NCBI RefSeq assembly: GCF_009914755.1
Contig: NC_060947.1
Strand: one strand, 5' to 3'
From: the human T2T-CHM13v2.0 reference genome, Homo sapiens
Length of the DNA: 64,000 nt
The notes beneath the pieces were generated by a model, which made no database searches, was not told the DNA's origin, and was given only the letters and a program-made list of their open reading frames with translations. Numbering within the stretch: the stretch's first letter is position 1; each line of letters opens with the position of its first letter. Shown piece after piece: positions 46,963 to 59,508 of the stretch. The translations under genes were made by a program, and so were the position numbers.

Positions 46963-48831
46963 GCGAAAGTACCTCAACATAATAAAGGTTATATATGCGA
47001 AGTCTATAGCTAACATTATACCCAACCTTGAAAATCTGAAAGCTTTTCCTCTCCTCCAAGATTAAGATTGAGGCAAGTATGCCCACTCCTGCCACTTCTA
47101 TTCAACATAGTAGTGGAAGTCCTAGACAAAGCAAGTCTGCAAATAAATAAATAAAAACAAAGAAATAAAAGACATACAAATCAGAAAGGAGGAGTTAAAA
47201 CCATCCCTGTTTGAAGATGACATTATTTTGTGTATAGAAAGCTCTGAATACTTCATTTAAATACTGTTAGAACTAATAAATGAATTCAGTAAAGTTGTAG
47301 GATACCAAATCAACATACAAAAACAAGTTGTGTTTTTATAGACCAACAATGAAATATCTATAAAAGAAATGTTTAAAAATCCCATTTACAATAACACCTA
47401 AAGAATAAAATAGGAATAAACTTGACTAAGGAGGGAAAAGACTTGTACATTGATAACTTTAAAACATTAACAGATAAAATTAAAGATGACGCAAACAAAT
47501 GGAAAGACCTCTGGTGTTTATGGATTGAAAGATTTAATATTATTAAAATGTCCGTAATACTCAATGCAATTCCAGTGGCATTTTTACATTTTAAACATCC
47601 CAGTGGCTACAAAATAAAAAAAAAATTAAATTCATGTGAAACTATGAAGGACCTCAAAAAGCCAAATCAAGCTTGGGGAAGAACACAGCTGGAGACATCA
47701 CACTGCTTTAAAAATATATTACAAAGGTGCAATAATTAAGCTGTATGGTAGTAGCATAAAGTCAGACATAAAGACCAATAAAATAGAATACAAGGCTCAG
47801 AAATAAATCCTTGCATATATATGTTTAACTAATCTTCTGCAAGGATGCCATGAATACACAGCATGGATGAGATAGTCTCTTCAACATATATTTCTGGGAA
47901 AACTAGATATCCATATGCAAAATCTAACCCTTATCTCACAACATATACAGAAAATCCAAATGGATTAATGCTTTACATCTAGGACCTGTAACTATAAAAC
48001 TGCTAGAAAAAAAAACATACAATAAAAGCTTTATGACATTGGTCTTGGCAGTGCTTTCATGGACATGATACCAAAAGCAAAGGAAAGAGAAGCAAAAATA
48101 AGTAAGTGGGACTACATCAAACTCAGAAGCTTTGATACAGCAAAAGAAACAACCAACAGAGTGAAAAAGCAAACTACAGAATGGGAGACCACACTTACAT
48201 ATTTCTGGGGATCTTGAAGAATATCATATATCTGAAAAGGAGGTTAATCTCCAAAATGTGTAAGGAACTCCAACAACTCAACAGCAATGAGCTGATAACC
48301 TTATTTTAAAAATAAGCTATAGTAATGGATAGTCATACAGATATTTCTCCAAAGAAGATATATAAATAGCCAATAGGTGTATGAAAAGATGCTCAATGTC
48401 ATTAATCATCAGGGAAGTGAAAATCAAAACCCCAATGAGATTATTATTTCACACCTATTAGAATTGGATATTGTTTAAAAAACTATACAAAAACCCACAA
48501 GTGTCATCGAGGATGTGGAAAAAATTGGAACCCTTGTATAGCAATGGGGAGCATGTAAATTGGTTCAGCCACTATGAAAAACAATATGAAAGTTCTTTAA
48601 AAAGTTAAAAATAAAATTATCATGTGATCCAGCAATCCCCTATCTGGGTATTTATTTCACAAAGTTGAAATAAGCATCTCAAACAGACAGTAGTACTCCT
48701 GTGTTTATTGATTTTAGCACTATTTACAATAGCCAATATGTGGAAACAAATGTCCATCAATGGGTGAATTGATGAAGAATATATGGTATATACATACAAT
48801 GAAATATTATTGGTGTTTTAAAGACAATTCT

Positions 48832-49127
48832 GGGGCACGGCATGGTAGCTCATGCCTGTAATCCCAGCACTCTAAGAGGCTGAGGCAGGAGGATTATTTG
48901 AGGCTGGGAGTTCAAGACAAGCCTGGGCAACATAGCAAGACCCTATCTCAATATTTTTATTTAAAAAAATTATCTGGTGTTTGCCTGTTGTCCTAGCTAC
49001 TTGGCATGCTGACATGGGAGGATCGCTTGAGCCCTGGAGTCTGAGGCTACAGTGTACTATTACTGTGCCACTGCACTCCAACTCCAGCCTGGGCAATGGA
49101 GCAAGATCCTTCCTCTTAAAAAAAAAG
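48832..49127 (+). mobile_element. AluJ-like
   Basis: Dimeric Alu with near-TSD aagacaattct/aagaaaattct. Confidence 0.9.
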
Positions 49128-49778
49128 AAGAAAATTCTGAAATATGCTACAATCTGATTAAAGCTGAGGACATTAGATGAAATAAGCCAGGCACAGGACA
49201 AATACTGCATGATTTCACTTATATGAAATATCTAAAACAGTCGTACTCATATTCTATGAGTTCACAGAGTGGAATGGTAGAATAGTCAAACTCATAGAAT
49301 CAGAAAGTGGTTGCCAGGGGCTGCAGGGAGGGGAAAATGAGCAGTTACTAAACAATAAGGATAAAATTTCAGTTATGAAAGATAAATAAGTTCTAGCGAT
49401 CTTCTGTACAACATTGTGCCTAGAGTTAAGAATACAGTAGTATACACTCGAACATTTTTAAGTTGGTAGATCTTACAATTTGACCCTCTTACCAAAATAA
49501 AATAAAATAAAAATTCAGAGAACAACACACACACTACAGGATAGTGTGTGTGTTAACTAGATGTTAACTAGATAAGTGGTCAAGTTCATTAATACCTCAC
49601 CTGATACAATACAGATATTTAATAAATGGGTGATATTATTACTAGCTTCTAAATAAAAATAGAATAAATGAATGAATGAATGTTTGTGAGTCCAAGTAAG
49701 ATGGAAAAGACAGCTATAATCTTGTCTAAACTAGCACATCATTTAAATATTTTTCTAGCCATGAAAGTTTATTTTGTC

Positions 49779-50089
49779 TTTTTTTTTTTTTTTTTTTTTT
49801 TTTTTCAGACAGGCCCTCGCTTTGTCACTCAGGCTGGATGGAATTCAGTGGTACGATCTTGGCTCACTGCAGCCTCAACTTCACATGCTCAAGCTATCCT
49901 CCCTCCTTAGCCCATGAAATAGCTGGGACTACAGGTGTGCACCACCACACCAGGCTAATTTTTGTATTTTTTGTAGAGATGGGGTTTCACCATGTTGCAA
50001 AGCCTGTTCTCAAACTCCAGGACTGAAGCAAACTGCCCACCTTGGTCCCCCAAAGTATTGGGAGTACAAGCATGAGGCACAGTGCCAGG

Positions 50090-50093
<4 letters not shown>
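49779..50093 (-). mobile_element. AluJ-like (first of a tandem pair)
   Basis: Long poly-T then an antisense dimeric Alu. Confidence 0.9.
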
Positions 50094-50127
<34 letters not shown>

Positions 50128-50408
50128 CAGAGTCTTGTTCTGGCATTCAGATTGGAGTGCAGTTGTGTAGTCTTAGCTCACTGAAGTCTTGAACTTCTGG
50201 GTTCAAGCAATTCTCCCACCTCAGTCTCCCAAAGAGCTGGGACTACAGGTGCAGCTACCATGGCTGGCTAATTTTTTAAATTTTTTTCTGTAGAAATGGG
50301 ATCTTGCTTTGTTTCCCAGGCTGATCTTGAACTCCTGGTCTCAAGCGATCTTCCTGCTTCAGTCACACAAAATGCTGAGATTACAGGCATAAGCCACTGT
50401 GCTTGGCC
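50094..50408 (-). mobile_element. AluJ-like (second of a tandem pair)
   Basis: Long poly-T then an antisense Alu ending gcttggcc. Confidence 0.9.
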
Positions 50409-50743
50409 TTGTTTAATTTTTTAAAGAGAATATATAGGTGTCTAAGTTTTGGGACGCTGTGGGAGGAAGATTGTAAAGTAGCTATGCTATCATGGCATTA
50501 GAGTTAAAAATGAGGCAGGAGGGCGTCAAGCACAGAGAACATGGCTAGAAAACTTAATGGCAAGGAAGGTGATGAAAATGGAGGCTGTTTTATAAAGTAC
50601 ATCTGCCTGGAGATTAGATACATTAGCCAAAGTTTTAAGGTGCAAGAGATATCAAACCAAATCAAATTTTGGACTCCCAGTCATAATACATGTAATATTA
50701 TTTCATTTTCTCACTATTCGAGATAGCCTGAGCTCCTGAAGGA

Positions 50744-50779
50744 TGTGTGTGTGTGTGTGTGCACGTGTGTGCGTGCGTG

Positions 50780-50813
<34 letters not shown>
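50744..50813. repeat. Compound (TG)n(AG)n microsatellite
   Basis: Directly visible. Confidence 0.95.
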
Positions 50814-50814
<1 letters not shown>

Positions 50815-51054
50815 AAGTGTTTCTTCTTTTCTTCTATGGAAGAAGTTTACTTCATAAAATACCTGCAGGCTACTTTTCAGTGTTTTCTTCTTCCTTGCCT
50901 GGTAGGGCCCTCTAGTACTCATTCCATCACTAGAACAAGACTTTAAATGCTCCAGCTTTGGAATAAGCACCAGTTTTATCCGCCCACCATTTTCTGGATG
51001 CCTAGTGTGTCAGACACAGGTTCTGGGCAAAATGCTGGGTATACAAAGATAGCT

Positions 51055-51190
51055 TCTCTGCTTCACTTTCCTCCTTTGAAAAAATGGTGTAATAATTGAG
51101 TATACTTCATAGGACTGTTATGAGTCTTAATGATTTAATAGGTTTAAACACGAAATGGAATCTGCACATAGTTTAGTGTTGCTACTGTCA
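51055..51190 (+). mobile_element. MIR fragment
   Basis: Core-like 'tctctgcttcactttcctcctttgaaaaaatgg...cttcataggactgttatgag'. Confidence 0.6.
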
Positions 51191-51610
51191 TTAATATGAA
51201 TAAGATATGGTCCTTGTTCTTAAGTCTAATACTGTGGGACTTTAGGCAAGTCTCATAGTCTCTCTACATACTTTGCAGAGTGTGTATTTTAAAAGATAAA
51301 AACTCTGACATACTTAATACAATAAGTGGCAAAAAGTAGAGACTCAATTTATGTTCCTTCTTTTCCTCCATCCCAGGAACACTGTAACATCAAATCTGTC
51401 ACATTAATTCACTTACCTCTAGAGTGAGGTTTAATGAGGTCTTGTTCTATCATTAACTACAATGTTCCAGTTTAGAACTTTGATTTGGCTAACATCTTTC
51501 TAAACCCATAGTCAGCCTTCCCTCTCCCTCACCAGCACCCCATCCCCGCAAACAAGTTTATTCATTCTTTTTGATCCCTCAAATACTGTAAGTTCCTTTG
51601 AGAGTAAGAA

Positions 51611-51668
51611 CCACAACATTCATTTATACATCACCCACAACATTCATTTATACATTGCCCACAACACT
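51611..51668. repeat. 24-bp tandem repeat, about 2.4 copies
   Basis: ccacaacattcatttatacat(ca/tg)c repeated. Confidence 0.85.
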
Positions 51669-51719
51669 CAGTGTAAAACTGAACACAAATTAGGGACTCC
51701 ATAAATGCTTGTGAAACTA

Positions 51720-52037
51720 AACAACTGATAATCAAAAATCTTTCATTATATGCCTTCTAGGAGTTATGCAGTATAACTGAAAATATTTCCAGTATCCTCC
51801 AATCTAGCAACATGCTTTTTTCCTGAACAACTGATGATCAAAAATCTTTCATTATATGCCTTCTAGGAATTATGCAATATAACTGAAAATATTTCCAGTA
51901 TCCTCCAATCTAGCAACATGCTTTTTTCCTGAACAACTGATGATCAAAAATATTTCATTATATGCCTTCTAGGAATTATGCAATATAACTGAAAATTTTT
52001 CCAGTATCCTCCAATCTAGCAGCATGCTTTTTTCCTG
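51720..52037. repeat. Three near-identical tandem copies of a 106-bp unit
   Basis: Units start aacaactgat at 51720, 51826 and 51932, and each ends catgcttttttcctg. Confidence 0.97.
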
Positions 52038-52559
52038 TCTCCTTCACCCCTCTTAAGCTAAATTTCTTTGGCTTCAAGCTTAGAGATGTTTCTTTTCTGA
52101 ATAGGAGGTTAAAATGGACAGGTTTAAAAAAACTTTGTGCCTTGTATCCTTTTCCTTACAGGAACAGCACAGATGAAAACAACCAATCCTTTCCCAGACA
52201 TTCAGACAGTAAGAGGGGGGACTTAATTTCAGCTGGTAATAAATTCTGGTGTTTAATAATTAACTCAGATAACAGCTCAAATAAACATGGAGAGTCACAC
52301 TGAATATGTCTTCTCACTTTCTCTCTCTTTTCCTCTCCCCATTTATTTGACATTTATGCTCTGAATTGCTATGTGAGTGTACTTGGAGACCTATTAAAAC
52401 AGATATTTTTGTAAGTCATGTGGCATTAAATGAGGGCCATTTAAATTGATTGTCCAGATTATAATCCAAACCATTTCATCAAATACTATTACACGTCACT
52501 ATATGCTTTCAGACATTCTGAATCAAAAGACATACTGATGCACCAACGCGTGCATACAT

Positions 52560-53960
52560 GCCTTCATTTATTATTCACCCATTCATTTCTTTATTCATGC
52601 AAACATTTATGAGCACCTGGGGCTAGACTATGTGTAATTTTGCAAGGAGATAAGGATGAGCAAGATACAGCCTCTGCTTTTGTGTAACAGTCAGACATGA
52701 AAATGGACAACTATAAAGTCAGCAGAATATGAACAGATATACTTAGAAGGGTGGTAAGGTCTACTGAGAATAGGGCAATGAACTGTCCCTAGGGATGGAC
52801 ACAGGAATGACTTTACAGAGCCCGGTACTGAAGACAAAGTATAAATTTATCTGATAAGGGTAGGAAAGAGAAAATTCATTCCAAACAGAGGAAATATCAT
52901 GTGTAAAAGCACCAAGAATAAAAATGCATAAACTATTTAAGGACCTAGATGTACCCAAACAGGTATAAATTAGCAAGTGGTAGGAAATGAGATTGGAATG
53001 GTTGGCAGGAGCCAGATTATTGTACATAATGAAGAGTTTTAGATTATATACTTTAGGCCAGTGTTCCCTAACCTTTTTGGCAGCAGAGACTAGTTTTGTG
53101 GAATACAGTTTTTCCACAGACCAGGGAGAGGATGGATATGGGATAAAACTGTTCCATCTCAGATCATCAGGCATTAGATTATCATAAGAAGTTCATAACC
53201 TAGATCCCTGGTATGCAATGTTCACAATAGGGTTTGTGCTTCTATGAGAATCTAATGCTTGTAGCTGATCTGACCGGGGCGCAGCTCAGGTGGTAATGCT
53301 CCCTTGCCCACTGCTCACCTCCTGCTGTGCAGCCTGGTTCTTAGCAGGCCACAGACCAGTACCATGTTGGTGACAGCATGGAGGAGGACTTGGGAGGGAA
53401 AACAGAACTAGGGAGGCAGAGAGACCAGTTGAGAGACTACGTTACTAGTCCTGGTAAAATATAATAATAAGGGCCTGAAATAGACTGGTGGCAGTGGGGA
53501 TAAAGAATGAGAGAAATCGAAGAGGCAATTAGGCGTAGAACAGAGGTGATGTGGTAACTAATTGAAGATGGAGGCAGTAGGAAGAAGGAGATGGAGTAAT
53601 CAAGGACAAGTAAGTTTTTTGGGTACAGAGTGGTGCTATTCCCAGAGCAGGGGACACAGGAGGAAGGGGGGATCACAGAGAGAGAATGATTTCTGCAAAC
53701 ACGGTGAGTATGAAGTTCTTAAGACCCAGCCAGGTGGAGATGTGCAGTCAGCAGTTTGAAATGTGGATCTGAATACAGGAAAAGAGGTGAGTATATATTT
53801 TGGAGCAATTAGTATGTTGGGAGTAGCTACCTAAATCCTGGACATTCAATACATGCAGAAATGGAAAAAAAGGAGGATGGAATAGTGGGAAAGAACAACA
53901 TTGAAGGGGTCAGTAAAGAAGAAATGATCTAGAAGAAATAGTATCACAGAAGCCAAGGGT
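52560..53960 (-). mobile_element. L2 fragments, interrupted by MER1B
   Basis: Antisense L2 tail 'attcatt...aaacatttatgagcacc' and a purine-rich body 'ggtggagatgtgcagtcagcagtttgaaatgtggatctg'. Confidence 0.6.
53059..53363 (+). mobile_element. MER1B-like hAT-Charlie DNA transposon, 3' terminal repeat missing
   Basis: cagtgttccctaacctttttggca...aaactgttccatctcagatcatcaggcattagat...ggccacagaccagtacc. Confidence 0.88.
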
Positions 53961-54149
53961 GGGGTAGGGGTGGTGTTACTTGTGGCTATCATTATTACTG
54001 GTGTTGTTTACCTTTGTTGAGGATCTGATTGACAAGGTTATATTTGTACTAAGAAAATAAATTCAAATCATGGACTATTTCAATGTCACACATGCTAAAT
54101 CTTAAATTGGCTACCAAAGTCTCATTGGGACCACTATACAGGTAACGTA

Positions 54150-54620
54150 GTCAGTACAGGTAGAGTGCTGAGTTTAGTTCTGGGTCCTTTACATTAGAGA
54201 GGAAAATTCAAATAGAAGTACATTTATTGGGAGACATCCTAGAGGATAAAAGATCTAACAGAGGCAACAATTAAAGAAACTAGCCATGCTTAGCATAGTG
54301 AAGAGAATACGCTAGAGAAGGTGATCACTGCCTTCAAATATCTGAAAGGCTAACATATAGTTGGGGAATTCATCTTCTCTCTGTTGTTCTACAAAACAGA
54401 CCTAGAAACAATTAGAATCTGACTTTAGTGGAATACAAAGAACTGCCTAGCAACAGGAATTGCTCATTAACGTAACTGGCCTCATTTTACTAGAAATAGT
54501 GAACTCCCTATCCTGGTGGTATTTAAGCAAAGCCTATGTGGCAAAATATCGGGAATACTGTACAGAAGTCTTCTGCACTGACTGGGAGGTTAAAATAGAT
54601 CTTCAAGGCCACTTTAAAGG
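54150..54620 (+). mobile_element. L3/CR1 3' fragment
   Basis: 'aagagaa...ctgccttcaaatatctgaaaggct' resembles the CR1/L3 ORF2 end. Confidence 0.6.
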
Positions 54621-55315
54621 TTTTTTTTTATTATTATTTCATGTGGAGCTGTGTGGTAACAAGTGAGGCTATAGCTTTCAATGCCTGTTAGGTTTTTTTG
54701 TTTTGTTTTGTTTTTTGTTTTTTTTTTTTTTTTTAGAGTCAACAGTCTCAATTCCTTTCACTACAGTATGGGTTTCTACTTATCCCTGGTATTGGTCCAC
54801 TTTATTTCTTTATTGTTATAATATTCATTAACTTACATTTGTCGAGCACCTATTCTACCAGTAAAAGGTAGCACTGGTCCTAAAGAAATTTGAAAGAAAG
54901 ATTAATATCAGAAAATCAATCAATAGGCATCTGATTCTACTTTCCAGCCTTTGGATATTAGTTTCTTGGTGTCTCTGGGTCTTGAGTGCAGAAACTCTGA
55001 GTTAAAGGTTGTAGGCATATGTTGGGTTCTGAGAAGTATATGGAAATCATTGAGGCAGGGAAAGGTATATCTTGGCTGGAGGTAGGAATTTGGAAACAGA
55101 TTGGGGGACACTGAAAATGCTATGTTAAAAAAGATTTTAAAAGTGAGTGAAGGATGAAAGAGGGAGGTTATGATAAGCAGAGGAGCCCTTTCTTTAAAAA
55201 GTCCAAGTATCTCTCAGTGAATCACTTTCATTTTTTATTATTTAGGATTAATTTTACTTTTCGCTTTTTCTTCCTGACTTAAGGCTGCTATGTCACCAAA
55301 AATGAGTATTACATA

Positions 55316-56100
55316 TGCTATGGTTTACATATGGTTTGTTTGTCCCTACAAAAACTCATGTTGAAATTTGTTCCCCAGTATGGCAGTGTTCGGTAGTAGG
55401 AACTAATGGGAAGTGTTTGGGTCATGGGACGCTGTTCTCACTGGTGGCTTGGTGTCATTCTTGCAGTAGTGAGTTCTTTTTCTGGCAAGATTGGATTAGT
55501 TCTTGAGAGAATCAATTAGTTCCCATAAGAATGGATTTTTATAAAGGATACTACTCAGAGTTTGTCTCTTCTCATGTGTCTTCTTCTCCTTTGACTTTAT
55601 ACACTGTTGAGTCCCAATTAGGGAAAAGGATTCAGGGTGGTGGGAGCAGAGGAAAGCCGAAAGAGAGACCAGATAAGCTATAAGTCTGCTTTTCTGCATG
55701 GTCCAGGACACGTAGCCCTCCTGTGTAAATGACTCACAATTTTCCTGTGCTCAACTATCAACAGACCTTCAGCTGACACAAAAAATACAAGTTAGCTCAC
55801 TGCAACCTTGGCATTATCAGTACTGCACAAAGCCCTCTTCAGCTCATAGCACAGCACCATTCTATAAAATCCCCTGCAAGCCTTTGTCTGTTTGCAGTCA
55901 GTTCCTCTCATGCTGATCTTCCTATTGCTTTCTTGCAAAGTATTTTCATACTTTTTCTAATAAATCTGCCTTCTTTTACTCAGAGCTGTCTTAGTAAATT
56001 CTTCTTACCACTGTGCGAATGGCCTCAGATAGTCGCTGCTCACCCACAACATACACCATGTTATGATGCAGCATGAAAGCCCTCTCCAGAAGCTAAGACT
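55316..56100 (+). mobile_element. MST (B-D-like) LTR split by an ERV1 LTR
   Basis: tgctatggttt...aaaactcatgttgaaatttg; resumes 'catgttatgatgcagcatgaaagccct' after 56056. Confidence 0.75.
55605..56051 (+). mobile_element. ERV1 solo LTR (MER83-like)
   Basis: TG...CA, 447 bp, TSD TACAC on both sides, with TATAAAA and AATAAA inside. Confidence 0.82.
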
Positions 56101-56879
56101 CTCTGGGAGTCACAATGAAACAAATTTGTGTCTTTTTTTCCACAGCAGCTTTTCAGAAGTCTAAAGGGACAGTGCTCTCCTTCAAACCTCTCTCAGCTTC
56201 TTTTACGTCTAGATTCTGGTGACTCATCTGTCCCCACTTTATTTCTTTGGCCCTTCACAGCTGGGTTAACCGGTAGGTTCTATCTGTTCCATTCCCATTC
56301 TGTATCAATCTTGACCCTACCTTGAAGTGACATTCAGGTTGGTTAACAGTATCAGTCACACAATCCAGTGGGTCTTGAGGTTAAGTCTCATAGACCAGAT
56401 ATAGGACCTATAGATTCACCCCGACTGCAGGACTCCCACATGTCCCTATACTTCTACCCATGACTCCTTTGTTGAGGGAATGATTGTATCCTGCTTTATC
56501 TTGCAATGCTTGGGAATATATAATTCTCAGGTACACTACCCAATAGAACAAGTATCTACATATGTATAGTGTCCTAAGTTCTCCTAAGGAAAAAAGTTCC
56601 AAGGAGACAAGAATGGGTAATTCTGATAAATTCTGGCAAATACTTAGAAAATTCAGAAGTATTGACAAGCTTATTTTCATTCTATATCCCACAGTCTAAA
56701 TGAAGTAGGGGTTGTGCCCAACTAACAAATGATTTATGTACCAAAAGTGTGATTTTTGTATCAGTTTTTGGAATTTGATGATGCATTTCCATAGAATTTT
56801 TATAAAGTTCTACTCATCCTTTAGAATCTATTTTACATGTTAATGAACCTCAGAGCTGTTCTTGATCCCACCAGACAAA

Positions 56880-57290
56880 CTAGATCTTTTTACTTACATA
56901 ACATTTTGTGACATTTAACATATACCTCTATTATTTATCACATTTCATTGTAATTTCTTGTTTATAGATCTGTCCTTTCCTTTTGAAGATAAATTCTTAA
57001 AGGAAGAAACTGTCCGTTTTTTTGCACCTGTAGCACATGGTATACTGTCTGCTCACCAATATAATGTCAAATTAATATACAAATAGCTTAATGTGCCCAC
57101 ATAATATTTGTTCTGTAATTTCCTAAATAAAGGAATCTGGGTAAGTTACTTACACTTTTGAAGTTGAACTTCCTAGACTATGAACTAAAGGTAAAAACTA
57201 TTTCCATGGGGTCTCTGTGAGAATGTTCAGTGAGATACCCCAAATGAAAGTTCATGAAACAGGGTACAATCTCAATTAATGTTTGTTGTA
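56880..57290 (+). mobile_element. L2 3' fragment followed by a MIR fragment
   Basis: Degenerate 'ttatcacatttcattgtaatt...agataaattcttaaagg' and 'tgggtaagttactt'. Confidence 0.45.
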
Positions 57291-57987
57291 TTAGAGTGAT
57301 GGGAATCAATGTTATATATGATGGTCTTTTCTCAGGTACAGAGGTAATATAAAAAGAGAGAAGGAAATTAAAATTTGACTACAGGACATCTGCAAGTTAT
57401 ATTTTATGTTAATTTGGAATATTATTATATCAATCAGTGATTTAATACAAAGAGAGACCTGAAATGCTAAGATTAGATAGCCAGAAGACCAAGATCAGGG
57501 AGAAAAGAAAGAGAAAAATAGCTGAGAAGTAGGAAAGAAGCAAAAAAGCTGTAGAGACTATAAGAGCAGAGTTATAGGAGGACAGGGTGATTATTTTGTG
57601 TCAAATTCTGCTGATGAGCATATAAGGAGGAATATTGAGAAATGGTCACTGAAAATGGCAAGAAAATCACCAAGTATAATCTTCAATGTACATATTTTTT
57701 AAAGTCTCCTTCAAAAAACAACCAACATAAGCTAGGTGCCCACACTAACTGGAAGTGGTTTCTTCCAAGAGATCTCATTTTTTGTACTTTTCTTTGAATC
57801 CTCTTAGTAAACAGTTGGAGAAGTGTCCAAGGACAATCTTATTGGAGCAAGATGGTAATCTAGAGGGTCTTCTGGATGATATAGGTACTCTAGGATGCCT
57901 CAGCTGTTCCGGGACTACAACTGTCTCATGGAAGGACCAAAACACAGGGAAGCAGTTTGATAGTTAAAATATAGTTTATAGATGACA

Positions 57988-58335
57988 GCATGTCCTTTGT
58001 AGGAACATGGATTGAGCTGGAGGCCATTATTATTAGCAAGCTAATGCAGGAACAGAAAACCAAATACCTCATGTTCTCACTTATAAGTGGGAGCTAAATG
58101 ATGAGGACACATGGATACATAGAGCGGAACAACACACTGGGGTCTATCAGAGTCAGAGGGTGGAGGGTGGGAGGAGGAAAAGTATCAGAAAAAATAACTA
58201 ATGAGTACTAGATTTAATACTGGGTTGACAAAAATAATCTGTACAATAAACTTCCATGACACAAGTTTACCTAGATAACAAACCTGCACCTGTACCCCTG
58301 AACTTAAAATAAAAGTTAAATAAAAAATAATAAAA
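57988..58335 (+). mobile_element. Older L1 (L1PA13-16-like) 3' end
   Basis: 'catgtcctttgtaggaacatgg...cccctgaacttaaaataaaagtt' followed by an A-rich tail. Confidence 0.88.
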
Positions 58336-58832
58336 GTAAGCCCTTATTTGTAAAAATTTAAAAAGAAATATAATCTCCAGGTATATTTCCTGCTCTTAAA
58401 AATATTTAATTAATAAAGTAATTAATTCATTTTTTTTTAAAGTTGATGGGTAAACAAGAAAGTGTCTCCAGAAACCACAGAGCCTACTGAGGCACCTCCT
58501 AACCCCAAAACAACAACAACAACAAAAAGGGCAATAAAACAATCACAACAAGAATATAATTACAATCACATCAGATAGGGAAACATTATTAAATCTAGAA
58601 TTCAGCCAGCAATCAGGATGAGCCTGGTGGCCCAATTACCGTCTAAACAAGAGCTGTTATGTATTGTTAAATGGACTCTCCAGATAAATATTTTTTTTTT
58701 ACTCCAGGCTTTTGCAGCATCAAAGAACATTAAACATGAGAGAGATGTGTTATAAACAAAAAATTTGAGGAAAGCAAAAGTAGCTTGAACCATGCTAGTG
58801 AAATCCTAGAGGCTCAAAAGATGTAACTTTGT

Positions 58833-58864
58833 GTGTATGCGTGGTGTGTGTGTGTGTGTGTGTG
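58833..58864. repeat. (TG)n microsatellite
   Basis: Directly visible. Confidence 0.9.
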
Positions 58865-59062
58865 CATGTTTTAATTAAACACTGTTTGTTTCTCCTCACC
58901 TCCCAAATGGAGCTATGAAATACTAAGCATGCATTTCTTGCCTCCTAAAATCAGTGGATAAGTCTTGTAAAGCTCAACATAGCTCAAGATAAGCAGAGCA
59001 GAATTTCTCTGTGAGTTTTCCCTTTTCCTGCAGTTTCGGCCTACTCTATTAACATTTCTTGG

Positions 59063-59508
59063 ATGTCAACAAAGGTTCATTGCTTGACCAAATTTTTGTC
59101 AGTCTCTTGAACTTTTTTCTATACCTATCTGTGTACTTGCTTGTGAAATCTAGTTTTAGGAAGAATCCTGCTGTCAGCTTAGCAAGAACTCTCCACCCTT
59201 GATATCTGATCACCCTTAATATGTGATCGAGTTTCTCATTCTCTATTATGCCCCAGGTGATATCTGCTCACCTTGGCCTGTCTTCAGAATGAGTTCTGTC
59301 AAGCTGATTTAGCCAGAATGCCTCATACCCCTGACGTTTCCTCGTGATTTTCCATTTGCTGACCCTCACCCTGCTCCTTGGCTGTAAATCTCTGCTTGCC
59401 CATGGTGTATTTTGAATTGAGCCCAGTTCTGTACTGAAGTCTCTTTTTACCTACTGCAATAGCCCTGAATAAAATCTGTTTTTACCACTTTACTCTCCAG
59501 CTCTGTCT
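59063..59508 (+). mobile_element. ERV1 solo LTR (MER31-like)
   Basis: 'cttgaccaaattttt...cccttgatatctgatcaccctt...ctgctccttggctgtaaat...ctgaataaaatc'. Confidence 0.7.

Larger units (their letters stand above)
45560..49513 (+). mobile_element. Old L1 (L1MB1/2-like) ORF2 plus 3' UTR, interrupted by two AluJ
   Basis: Degenerate sense ORF2 (47422-47739 'DDANKWKDLWCLWIERFNIIKM'); ends cttaccaaaataaaataaaa. Confidence 0.8.
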
